Below are positions 40,950-52,369 of a DNA stretch of 64,000 bases, in pieces. The notes beneath the pieces were generated by a model. It was not told where the DNA came from and searched no databases. It was given only the letters and a program-made list of their open reading frames with translations. The position numbers and the translations under genes were made by a program. Every line of letters begins with the position of its first letter. The stretch's first letter is position 1. Location: assembly GCF_006345805.1 (NCBI RefSeq), contig NW_021831287.1, positions 62,001 to 126,000 of the forward strand, written 5' to 3'. Source of the stretch: Octopus sinensis (lineage: Eukaryota).

Positions 40950-41381
40950 ATGTCTTGTGAGCATAAGACTGATGTTATAGACACGTCTTTAAGTAATTCA
41001 GAAAGGAACTATGTACTTGTAAAGAGAGTAGATGAGAAATGCTTAGAAACAAAATGCAACTCGATTTTCAAAGGTATCCTTAACTGGTTGAAAGAAAGAA
41101 CTCAAAAAATGTGTGGAATCATCTTATATATTTACAGACAGATACTTCTGCAGGCCACTCTACAGAAATATTCAGGAATGCCGTCTGAACTGGTTGGATA
41201 TTTCGTTTTATTTTTCAGTAGCAAAGACAAGGAATTAGTCGCCCAGTGCAAGGAAGAATATGTCACTCAAAGAAATAAGAGAAAAATAGCTCAAAATAAA
41301 TTAAGTATTTGTGATTGCTGAATTTTAGACAAAATGAGAGATCGTGTAATTAACGAGTTCGCCACCACATCAACTAACTAA
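40950..41381 (+). CDS. Hypothetical small protein (orphan)
   Basis: ATG 40950; a 24-nt intron before MRDRVINEFATTSTN*; AATAAA about 37 nt after the stop. Confidence 0.5.
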
Positions 41382-41434
41382 TTTTTCCCTCAATTTTTCA
41401 AACATTTTATTATTTTTAATAAATACAAGATGTC

Positions 41435-44310
41435 TTTTTTTTTTTTTTTTTTAAGAAAAGAAAATGGAACAGGAAGTCAGCTACTAGCCGCAGAGAGAAT
41501 AGAGAAACTGTTCCCCCTGAGTACGGCTATTGAGACGCGCTCAAAAAGCCGATTGACCTCGCGGGGGTCGTTTCTAATCCTCCCGAGGTGACGGCCTCTC
41601 TCGGTGAGAAAACGTAGCGTGGCTGGGCCGAATGTGCCTGATGTTTCGACTGAAACAGGCACAAAGAGGAATCTGTCGGCGAGCGAGGCGTACTTGTCTT
41701 TCTTCCGGGTCTCTGCCCTCCTCGCCGCTGTGCCAGCTTCGATCGCGGACGCGAGAAGGCATGTTGACGCAAAAGTGTCAGAGCATGTCGCGTCCCAGAC
41801 GATCGCTTTGCCGCACTTGAACGGGAAGAGCGAGACGCCGTCCGGCCTCTTGCCATCGCCCCTGTTAAGGCCAGAGGGCTCCAGCTGGCACGGGATGCCG
41901 GTTGCCTCGAGCAGACGCTGTATTATGGAATTAAGCTGTCCGTGCCTGGGGAACTTCCCAGGGCATTTGCGGCAGGAGAGCGGGTGTAGACCTTTGCGGT
42001 CTATATGAGCCCCGCAACGGCATTGTGAGGCTGGCAATGTCCAAGCCGAGTCGGAGAGATATTCCGATTCTTAAACAGTCTGGGTCCAGGAAGGTTCCAG
42101 CTGCAGGGGAAGGATAGGCGTTGATCCAGGCGCCAGTCCGTGGAGATGCTCCAGACAACAGACAAGCACGCCGGTGTTGTCTCCGTGAGACAGTAAGTAC
42201 CGGAAAGACTGAGAGCTGCTGATCTCCGTCCATTCGCGCATAAGGCATAGGTCAACGGGAGTTTTTAGTCCGCAATCTGTCCACAACGATGTGCCGTATG
42301 AAAGCTCTGAGTCCGTGAGCGATCCAGAGGGAGAAGGAAGGATCTGGACTACGAGAGGCATGCATCGGTGAGAAGAAGAAAGAAAGCATGGCAAGGAGAG
42401 GACCGAGGGGGCTTGGAATCCGAGACCCCCGTGCCTGATAGGCAGGATAGCCTGTTTCCAGCCCATTTCGTCAAAATGTACGTTTGAGATTTGAACGAGA
42501 GTATTCCTGAGCAGCGAATCGAATTCTCCGACTGCATCCGGGAATCGGAAACAGGGAGAAGTGCGAAGTGCGTACTCCAAACGAGGAAAGGCAAGAAAGT
42601 TCTTCAGTAGGAAGAAAGCCACATGGGCGTCGATGGATTTAAGAGTGTCGAATGATTTTTCCATATTAAGAAGTTTAGCGCGGAGGAAAGATGGGATTCC
42701 GGACGAGAATAGAGGCGTACCGAGAAGAGTAAGTTCTTCGGGCAGAACGGTGCGTATGGCTGGGAGATTATGGTCGAACAGGGCTGGATTTCCAGAGTAA
42801 AGAGTGCATGGTCGTATCCTATATTGAAAATCTCTGATTTTTGTGGGTTTCACGGTAAGGCCTATAGAAGCCAGTATCGGAGCCACATTGTTCAGGTCAT
42901 TTACAACACTATCGGCCGGGCCTCCAATGGAGGCGTCGTCGAGGTACCAGACGTTGAGCTCAGAAGTGCACGAGCGGACCGCTTCATCGATGGCCAGCGA
43001 AAAAGGAGAGGGCCGAGAGGATCGCCCTGTTGTACACGGTGGCGGAAATAATGGTAGAAGAGCGGAGATAAGAAGAGTAGGAGAGCCGTAGCTTTGGTGC
43101 ACGAACCGATAAATGGATGGGCAACGAAGAAAGCAAGATTCCAGCACTGAGTCGCGGCGGACACTGTTAAATGCGTTGTTAATGTCAAACTTGACTAAGA
43201 TTCGGGGATGTAAACTCTCGGTCACAAAGCGTCTGGCGGCATGCACCGCTGCCTCGCAGCCTGAGGAAACCCCAACTCCTAGCTGTAACGGGAGGAAAGC
43301 TTTTGCAAGTTCGGGGAGACCGACCAGCAGGCGAGCTTTGAAGCCAGACGTCGGAAAATGTTCCCGACGGCGATAGGACGAACTCCGCCGTCTTTTTTGG
43401 AAAAAGGAAGCAGATGGGCGGAGAAAATGAGTCCACGAGCGAATGCGGATAAGTTTGAAGATAAAAGGTTGTTGACAAGTTCCGTGATCGAGGTAAGGAG
43501 CAGCGAGCCTGTTGGGCCGATCAAGGGAGAGATGAGGTTGCGAAGGTGACTGGGGCGGAGCCCCTCAATGCCTGCACTGCTGCTAGGTGAAAAAGATTTG
43601 AGAGCGCGGCAGATCGCATCGTTGGTGAGTTTCGGGGGGGAGGGCGTGGAATCGACGGATGGAAAAGGCCTGAGGTCTACAGGGGCGGGAGGGTGTTTGC
43701 ACTTCAAAGTGTTGATAACGTTTTTGGTCGATGGGAGTACTCCGCCATTGGAAACCAGAACTCTCATAGCAGCTCTGGTGTCGCCCTCGATCATTTGGAC
43801 AAGATACGAGGCCCAAGAGAGGCGGTGTCAAAGCCTGAAGTACCGGCGTTTGTACTATCGTCGGGATTGAAGCGCTTTGCGGCTTCGACATGACTGGCAA
43901 GGATCGAGCTTAGAAACTCGTCCTTAGCTGATTGTTCCATAAAGTCCGAGATGTTGTTTTTGACGGATGTGGCGAGAGAGCGATCTGATTTCTCGTGGTC
44001 GTAACTGAGACCTAGTGCAAGAAGAGGAAATAGGAAGATTCTGACCCAGCGGATTTGGATGAAGAGAAAAGGATGTCATTTATTAGAGAGGCCAAAGATT
44101 CGGATGCCAGCGGCCGGGCGGCCTTAGGGATTTTTCCGAGCACAAAGCGGCTGCGGCGGAGCGAGGAAATTGCGAGGAGGACATCTTCTGCGGAGAATTC
44201 GTCCAGGCAAATAGCGTCCGCGGGGGGTTTCCGGGTGGGGATTTTTGGATTTCTGCGAGGCTGAGGTAGGCAAGAGGGGCATAGCCAGCATTTTAGTGCC
44301 ATAGCCTCTT
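41435..44310 (-). mobile_element. 5'-truncated CRE-like non-LTR retrotransposon (RT + restriction-like endonuclease) with poly(A) tail, frameshifted
   Basis: SAGIEGLRPSHL, KKDGGVRPIAVGNIFRRLASK, DINNAFNS, QQGDPLGPLLF, WYLDD, CRCG..HPLSC, KRPDG..WDAT..KKDKY..PVSVETSG. An 18-T run at 41435-41452 lies 24 nt after the stop. GC-rich relative to the flanks. Confidence 0.9.
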
Positions 44311-44516
44311 ATCAAATAAATTAGTCTCTCTATTATATAAATTATCAAACAATAAAAATTAAAACAACAACATATTTTTTAAATACAACTTAAATTAATT
44401 AAAGTTTAAAAAAATAATAAATATTTTAACAATATTGATTCTTGTGGGTTGTTGTTTGTTACGATTAATTTGAACATATAAGCTTAATTTATCCATATAT
44501 ATAATTATTTGTAGAA

Positions 44517-45127
44517 ATGAATTATAATAATCAAAATCCGAACATTCCAAACAGCACTACGCCCCCTCAATTCCCCTTTGTCCCATTTATTCCAGTGGAA
44601 GCAGTGCCACCAATCCTGCCCCACCTCAACAACTACCCTCCTCCCCCCACATTTATCACTAAAAACGAAAATTCAACCAACAAAAAACAAAAACCATTTT
44701 CCCGCAAACACATTCGGTCCTCGGCAGGTCAACAGTGGGAAGATCCGACCCTCCTCGACTGGGAATCACGTTTTTATCCAAAAAGATTTTTTAGACGATT
44801 TCCGCATTTTTTGTGGGGATCTCGGAAATGAGGTGACCGACGAAGTATTGGCACGTGCTTTTGCCAAATATCCTTCACTTTTGCGGACTCGTGTTATCCG
44901 AGACAAGCGGACGAATAAAACGAAGGGATTTGGGTTTGTGAGCTTTAAGAATGCCACGGACTTTACTAAAGCCATGAAGGAAATGAACGGTGGTGTTTGA
45001 GGGGTTATATTTAGGGAAATATGTGGGGAATAGGCCTATTAAGCTTAGGAAGAGTGACTGGAAGGATCGGAATGTGGAGAATGTCCGTAAGAGGGATAGA
45101 GAGAAGAAAAAACTGGGGATTCGATAA
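44517..45127 (+). CDS. RBM42: RNA-binding protein 42
   Basis: RSSAGQQWEDPTLLDW..DDFRIFCGDLGNEVTDEVLARAF..RDKRTNKTKGFGFVSF..KYVGNRPIKLRKSDWKDRN. Confidence 0.95.
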
Positions 45128-45489
45128 TTTTGTGATTAATTTGTTTTTCTAATAAATTGTTGTTCTAATAGTACAGTTGATGATTGTTTTGTCGTCTAAT
45201 CGTAGCACTTTAGGACTGTATGTACACTCCAAATGGCATCAGATTTTATATTTTATGCAATTTTGATTATTTTCATGAATTTTTTAGTCAGTTGATCACA
45301 ACTGTGGGAATTGGACAGTTATAATAAAAATGTTTTAATAAGAAAGGTCTACGGAGAATTACGTATTTTAATTTTGTGTATATTTTCTACAAATATTGCT
45401 AAGAACTGGCTTTAGTTTAGGTAAAAGCCTGCCGTAGTTGCGAAGTATACAAATTAAATTATGACGCATTTTGAGCAAAACTATTTCGA

Positions 45490-47478
45490 ATGAGTAAATT
45501 TTTGTACCCTAAAAGTAGAGTATGTCATTTTCCTCATTCTCTTAACTTACCAAACTGCTCGAATTTCTGCGGAAAGTAATCAGATAACCATGCTTCGGTT
45601 CTTCCCGAAAGTAAAATTTTTAGCACAGTCGAAGAAATAAAACAAAACATTGCAAACCGTTGTGCGGAAAATGAACCGAAGAGCATATACTGGGAGGAGT
45701 ATTATAAGCTGAATCCAAATAATAATTTGAATATACAGGACTTAAACATCACTCTCAGTCCATCGAGCAAATGTTAAGTCGAGTGTGAGTAATTTAGATT
45801 ATTGCTCTTTCGCTCTAATTCATGGGGGATCCTTGTCAGGGACGGATTCCGCTATCGATTACTGTTCGAGTGTTCTCATATTTGGTCTCCAAGCTTTGAT
45901 AAATGTGTCCATTACTTCTCCGCTATATCTGAATATTGACTGTAGATGTTATGGATACAATATTTGGGGACATTGGAAAAAGGAGTCGTGCTCTTCTGTT
46001 ATATCCAACAACCTGTTGACATGTTCGTGTGACAATGTGGGAACCTATGCCCTCATTCGGGTATTTCGGGCACACATTGTAGCCACTAACTGACCGTTTT
46101 AGTGGAGTTTTGGTAGACCAACTCGATCTGTGTGGAATGGACATTGATTGTGCGGCCAAGTTCTCAAAAGAGCAGTACAAGCAAGTTATAACAGGCAGAA
46201 TATATCAGCAACAATTCACAAACCAAATAAACCTCTCTCTGTCCAACTTTGAAAGTAAATTAATGCATTATGTAGCCCAGATAACTGCACTTTGTTAACT
46301 TATACTCTCATTGCCAAGCCTGAAGGAATATACGGCGATATTTTGTTTTGTCTTCTTCACAATGCACATGGAGAACCAGTAAACGCGAGGATTGAGTATC
46401 TCATGAGGGGAAATACGTCTAATACGTATTTGTGTGTTTACTATGAAACGAACATTAATGATTGGTCGACGTCAGGCTGCACAACACTGGTCGACCAAAG
46501 TGGTCTAATTCGCTGCCAATGTACCCACCTGTCTGTGTTTGCTATTTTACTGGTTGGTGTCTGTCTAGAGAGTGATTTAGAATCCGGACGTTGAGAAATA
46601 CCTCCCTCAGTCCCAAGTGGTCGTCATTTCTCTAATCTCCCAAACTGGTCTCTTCTTGTCTGCGATTGTGGAGTACTGCTCAATAGGCCTGATATTTCTC
46701 AACTGGAGGTTTGTAAGCGTCCAGCCCGTTCATAGAAGTGCCAAAAAGTCTGTTACTCAAAAATATTTTCTCCAACTATGTCTGGCACTATATATGCTCA
46801 ATTTTGCATTTATGGGCATTTTTGCTTCCTTTGGAGAGGACAGACTTTCCTGTAGAATAAGTGGAGTAGTCCTTCATTATTTTTTGCTGTCTTCATTTTT
46901 CTGGATGTCTGCTTCGGCTGTGTACCACTACATTATTTTGGTCAAGGTGATTGGAATAAATACGATTTTTCTCAAAAAAGCAATTCCCTGGATTTCCTGG
47001 AGTACAGACTGGTCCTTACGTTTTAGTTTTCCCGACCTTGTTCATCGCACTCGCGTTTATGGTTGATAAGGAGTCCTACAGTCCAAAAAACAACATGTGT
47101 GTCTCAGTAACTAAACTGCAGATGTTGGCTAGAAAGTGGCCCGTTATATGCCTCCGTCTACGCTCCTGTGCTTGCTGTTATTCTGGCAAATTTGTATTTG
47201 TTCATCAAATTGTGTCTGGTTTTCACAAAAGTGTCGTTTAAAAAGAAAGTCAAAATAAAATTGCTGTTTTTGCTGTTTCTTTCTTTTGGTTGACGTTTAT
47301 TTGTCATTGTAGGATTCACGTGGATTGTCGGTTTTATAACTTTGTTCAGTCAAAGTTTTGTTTTTGTTTATTTGTTCTGCTTTCTCAACGCATTTCAGGG
47401 ATTTTTTATCGTGTCTTTACGCTCAGTCGACGACCCGTTTTTGAAAAAAATATTTTGTCGACATTTGTCACTTATTAA
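45490..47478 (+). CDS. Adhesion GPCR (signal peptide, two GPS-like motifs, secretin-type 7TM)
   Basis: ATGA microexon plus a 25-nt intron gives the signal peptide MKYVIFLILLTYQTARISA. GPS CVYYE..WSTSGC..CQCTHLSVFAIL; TM3 CRISGVVLHYFLLSSFFWM. The last exons are approximate. Confidence 0.85.
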
Positions 47479-47842
47479 TCAAACAAACTAATTATAATTC
47501 ACGTGTTTTCTATGTCTTCTCTAGATTAGGCTTCCTTAATTTAAAGGCGTTTTAAAATTTTGATATTATATGATAAAATTATTATTTAATATAACATTTA
47601 TAATTTGTTGTAATTAAATAAAATATAAAACGCGTGTAAAGTTAGTTGTGTTCACCTGAGTCAATTTCTCAACACATGTTTTGAAATGTTACAGTGGTGA
47701 AATATTATAGCATTACATTATGAGAAATGCAACAATTTTATTACTAAATATCCAACTTTTTGTATTTTATAAATCACCATTCCTAACCTCTAATGTGGTA
47801 ATCAGAATTAATTAAAACGTGTTAAATTGAACGTATAAGTGA

Positions 47843-49079
47843 TTATTTGCTAGGCAATTTAATTTGAGAGAGAATTTTGTTTCCTCCACGCTCGAATACA
47901 ACCTGAGCCAATTCACAGGCCATTTCGGCCACGACAGCCATTTCACCCTCGTCGGCCAAAGCGGCGATTGATGTGAAAGCTGACTGATCCACGGAAATGG
48001 TCTTCTTTAAGGAAACTTCCGTGCTTTCTTCGACACTTTCCGACCCATCCAAACTCATTACAATCCCCGTCAAAGATAAATTGTCAATTCCTGCTTTACA
48101 TCGAATACCAACTGGAGCAGAACAGCCAGCTTTCTACAAATATAACCAAACAAATACAAGACGATAGAGAAAGACTCTTTCAGCCAAACACTCTAAAATA
48201 GTCTCTCGGCAATTGATAGGTCTTAACATGTTCAATAAATCGTCATCCCCCCTTCTCAGTTCGACTGCAATGGCTCCTTGTCCCACAGCATAAAAGAGAG
48301 GACTCTCATTCATGTACTGCCAGGGTGATCCTCGAAAGTCTGACCTGTCCAATCAAATGTTCAAGTCCCATTCTTTTTAGACCTGCAGCAGCCATGACCA
48401 AAGCGTCGTAAATCTTTTCAGTTCTGTCCAATTTGGAAAGACGAGTATTCACATTCCCACGCTTAGAAAATAGTCAGAAATAACTCACCACATCCTTTAC
48501 TTCCAAATGAGGAAACATTCTCTTTATTTGGGCAATTCTCCGCAAACTGCTGGTCCCCACAATTCTGGTAAATTAGCAAGAAGGACTACGAATTGGGAGG
48601 CAGTTGAGCAAGATCCTGACAGGGAGTTCCAGAACGGAACACAATCGCATCCCTACGATCTTCCCGACTAGAAAATTAAATTATTAGTCCCCACGGAAGT
48701 ATGCAGCCAATCACGAGTCCTTCCTCGAGAGTTGTGGGCAGATCCTTCATAGAATGGACAGCCATGTCGATTTCATGAGCCAAAAGAGCGTTTTCAATTT
48801 CTTCTGTGAATACTCCTTTTCCTCCGATCTGAGAATTTAAAATAATTTCCGAACACTAGGCAATGATTTGTCCTGATTTTTGTCTCCCAGACTGTCCATG
48901 TGGACTATATAAGGGTAGGGAATGTGACCAACCAATCTCGAGTTCTATGTCTTCAGCAATGGCTAGACTGCGTATGGCATCGATGACTGTGTTGGTTTGG
49001 ATGAGTGCTAACTTGAAATGATATTTTAGTTTACTTGACTTTTTCTAGTCCCAATTCTTATTTTTCGCTTCATAGTCAT
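47843..49079 (-). CDS. HMBS: Hydroxymethylbilane synthase (porphobilinogen deaminase)
   Basis: IRIGTRKSQ|[46 protein letters not shown] and cofactor Cys in KAGCSAPVG. Confidence 0.95.
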
Positions 49080-49416
49080 TTTGTGCTGCTAATATGTTTG
49101 TGGTTAGAAACAAAAATAATTAACATTCATAAATTAGGGGGACTAAACAATTTATTTCATTAAAATATGATAATTATAATTGTAAAAATAATTAAATGGA
49201 ATATAATTTGTACATACGCCACGTTACGAATTTTTCGTCAAATTTACTTTGAAAAATATTTTTTTACATTATGAAATATTTTGTTACAAATTAAAATCGA
49301 ATATTCACAAAATTAAAATTTTTTGACCAGAACAAAAAGTAGTCATTAATTTTTAATTTACGCGTATGCTATCAGTCAATATTCCTTTTCTTCATTTTTA
49401 ACATATACCATCAGGC

Positions 49417-49571
49417 CCCGATTACTGAATCCGAGACCTGGAAAGCAATAAGTGCAGCTAGAAATGCGGCTCCGGGATATGACAAGATCCCTATGTCCTG
49501 CTTTAACCATGCACCAAGCTGTTTGGTGTCTCTGCTCACAAATCTCTTCAATTCCAGCCTTCAGAGAGGGT
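49417..49571 (+). mobile_element. 155-bp LINE RT fragment, same family as 52543-52697
   Basis: Direct alignment to 52543-52697 shows 9 mismatches in 155 nt. Confidence 0.9.
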
Positions 49572-49960
49572 TTATGATCGCTGGTTTCAATTCCACCATA
49601 TGACCTCGAGTTTTTCAGTTGGGCCTTTTGATGCTGCCTGCAAAGAATATAGTCTATCTGGTTATAAATCGGAATGGTATTTCCAAGTTTATCTTTTCTA
49701 AACCCAGTCCAGGTGGTTTTATTCCTTGCCGGGTGCTTGAAACAAGTATTGAATAAGAATAAATTGAACGCCGTGCAAAATTGTAGCATTGATTCTCCGG
49801 GGAGGTTGCGGCGGTTTCTTCCATGAGCTCCAATGCATGTTTCCCCGGGTTTGGCAGTTACAGCCCTAGTGTCCAGTCTCCGGCAACAAACAAGAAGTAA
49901 GAAGCAAAAAGCGAGCTGTATACACTCGTGAGGGTGGAATAAAAGTCGTCCAGTCGGTGA
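49572..49960 (-). mobile_element. RTE-like APE endonuclease fragment
   Basis: IGAHG..RNLPGESMLQFC..LFNTCFKH..TTWTG..NQIDYIL..SRSYGG..SDH. Confidence 0.8.
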
Positions 49961-50028
49961 TGGCTCATGGCACAATGATGATTATTATTTTAACCCAAGA
50001 ATCACCAACAGTTAATTAGGGTAATTAA

Positions 50029-50600
50029 TTAGGTGATTCTAACAATCCTCAAAATCTTTCTCAGTTTTTCCCGATGTTGGACTCTGGACCCAATGCAAGT
50101 GCGGGACGGGCGGGGAGCAGTTTTTGTGAGGAATTGGATTGGGGTGATGTACTTCTGATTGTTGAAGTCTTTTGGCAGGTGGTCTTGTTGGATGGCTAAG
50201 AAACCCTTTCCATCTTTCTTAATAAGTTGGTCAAGCGGAGTTGGGGTAATGTTGTTCAGTTTGGAAATTTTCGTTATGCTAGCCGCATAGTGTAGTCTCA
50301 ATTTTAAGGCGGTTAGACCATGAGAGATTAGAACCCCAAGCGGCACAGGCATAGCCAATTGTTGGTTCGATGAATTGTTTGTAGAGGGTGCCAAGAGCCG
50401 GGAACGGTGTCTTTAGTCCACCAAAAATCGATTTGATTAGTCTAATCTTTCTCTGACTGGATCTGATGGCCTTCTCTAAATGGGCAGTAAAACACATGTG
50501 GGTGTCAAAAGTTACCCCCAGAATTTTAGGGTTCTTCGTGAATGGGATCTTTTCGTTGTCCAGAAAAAGATTCAGATTTTTATATTAATACAATATAAGA
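50029..50600 (-). mobile_element. 3' part of a Jockey/I-like LINE ORF2 (thumb region), frameshifted
   Basis: PKILGVTFDTHMCFTAHL..LYKQFIEPTIGYACAAWG. Confidence 0.75.
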
Positions 50601-51088
50601 AAATCTGAATTGGGGGCAGAAGCGTACTTTTCGTTGTCAACCTTCACACCGTGTCTGTGCTCAATGAACATACTCCCCAACTTCTTTTAAGCATAACCGA
50701 CTGGATTTATTTCCTAGTTCCTACTTCAATGAATGACTGCATAAGAAAATCTAATTAGCCTAATTTAAGTAACAAAATTTAAATCAGGTTAAATTTCATC
50801 TATTTTAATAAAAAACTTTAAAAAAACTAGTCTGTGAAGCTTTATTAGAAACTTCCTCTCGGAATTGATAATTTCCATGGGCCACGAATTAAAACGTATA
50901 AACGTATTTGATTGTTTTGGCCAATTTATAAGTTTAACCTTGTAGTTTTTTCATATCTCGTCTTAGTTTTTATAATTGGTCTGAAAAGCAATAATTTGTA
51001 TTTATTTTTAAATTATATTAACTATCTTATTTTTATTTGAAAACAATAATATAATACCGATTTTGCATTTTAAATAACAAATTTAATA

Positions 51089-51909
51089 ATGGAAACAGCG
51101 ACATTCAAGAAGGGAGTTATAATTTTTTTATCTATATTATTGCTGGTTTTAAATGTTTCTAACTTATTTTAATCATAGTTACTTTCATTGGGATTTATTG
51201 TAATCTCATCTCTATATGGAATAGAGTTTAAATTTTTAAACACTTTTGAAAATAATATCATTCTATATTCACTTCCTATTGGGATAGGTTGCTTATCTGG
51301 AATTTTCATCTTTTTGATTTCAATTAGTGGATTCATATCTATATCCAGAAAAAATAAATGCATTAAAATATTTGTATTCTAATAGATTTTATCTAATTTT
51401 AGTTTATTTTCGGTCTTTTAACCGTCCTGATTCTTTGCTTAGCAATTATTTCGGGGTTGTTAAGCTTTCAGCCTGTAATAAAAATGGGAATTCGTTCATT
51501 CTTCAAGGCTTTAATTGATGATTACGATAAAAACATTAAGTTTATTGACGATCTTCATAAAAAAGTGATTAAATCTTATATTTATCTAATTCTTCGTTAG
51601 CTTAACTGTTGTGGTTATAATAACGGGACTTCACAAGATATACGAATATTGCCAGAGACTTGTCCTAACCATAATTGCGATATATCAAAGGTTTTAGTAT
51701 TTATTTTATTTTAGACTTGTCCGTCAGTTTTATTAAATTATATAAATGAGCTTTTCCTCTACATTTATATAGGAACTGGAACAATGGGTTTTCTAATTGT
51801 AAATACTTTAATTTTTTACTAATAGTTGTTGTCCATTTTTTTCACATTTTACATGTGGAAATTTAAAGATAAAAATATCTTCAAAACACAATCAAAAAGT
51901 ACTAATTGA
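51089..51909 (+). CDS. Divergent, very AT-rich tetraspanin-like protein
   Basis: Four hydrophobic segments, SGFISISRKNKC after TM2, and EC2 LNCCGYNN..LPETCPNHNC. Joined by GT-AG introns of about 25-35 nt. Confidence 0.7.
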
Positions 51910-52308
51910 CATTTTAACCCTTTATTAAATAAATAAACTCATTAACTACTTAGTCTGCTAATTATGTAGTGAATTTTCTGAATAAACTCGACGCTCGATA
52001 AACCTTTCTCTTGTTCATCTTCTCAGTTTGTAAACCTCTGAAAATAATGTTGAGGCTTATTTAAATCTGTCTGGCTGTAAAAAACTATTTTTCAAATTAC
52101 TTTTTGTAAAAATAATCTATATTTCATGTTAAAACAATCGTAAAACTAACTTCATTTTGCTTTTATAGATCTAGAAGTTGTGTGGATTTTAGATACTAAA
52201 AATCAATATGATGTACTTTGTTTTAATAATATCTTTGTGTTTATATATTCAGACTAATTTAACGGGCTAAGTATGAATTTTATTCTTTTTCAAAACCATC
52301 TTTCTACG

Positions 52309-52366
52309 TAGATAGATAGATAGCGTACAGTAAAATTACTGGACAGCGTACAGTAAAATTACTGGA
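52309..52366. repeat. (GATA)n microsatellite followed by a 23-bp-period tandem duplication
   Basis: tagatagatagatag, then agcgtacagtaaaattactgga at 52322-52343 and 52345-52366. Confidence 0.9.
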
Positions 52367-52369
52367 ACC

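Noticed and set aside
41527-43900. Many overlapping ORFs around the CRE-like element, and a target-site duplication
   Set aside because: GC-rich shadow ORFs; the flanks aaatacaagatgtc and aaataaattagtc are too dissimilar to call a TSD.
49417-49960. Twin-priming 5' inversion
   Set aside because: The junction is 3'-to-3' and the two parts look like different LINE clades.
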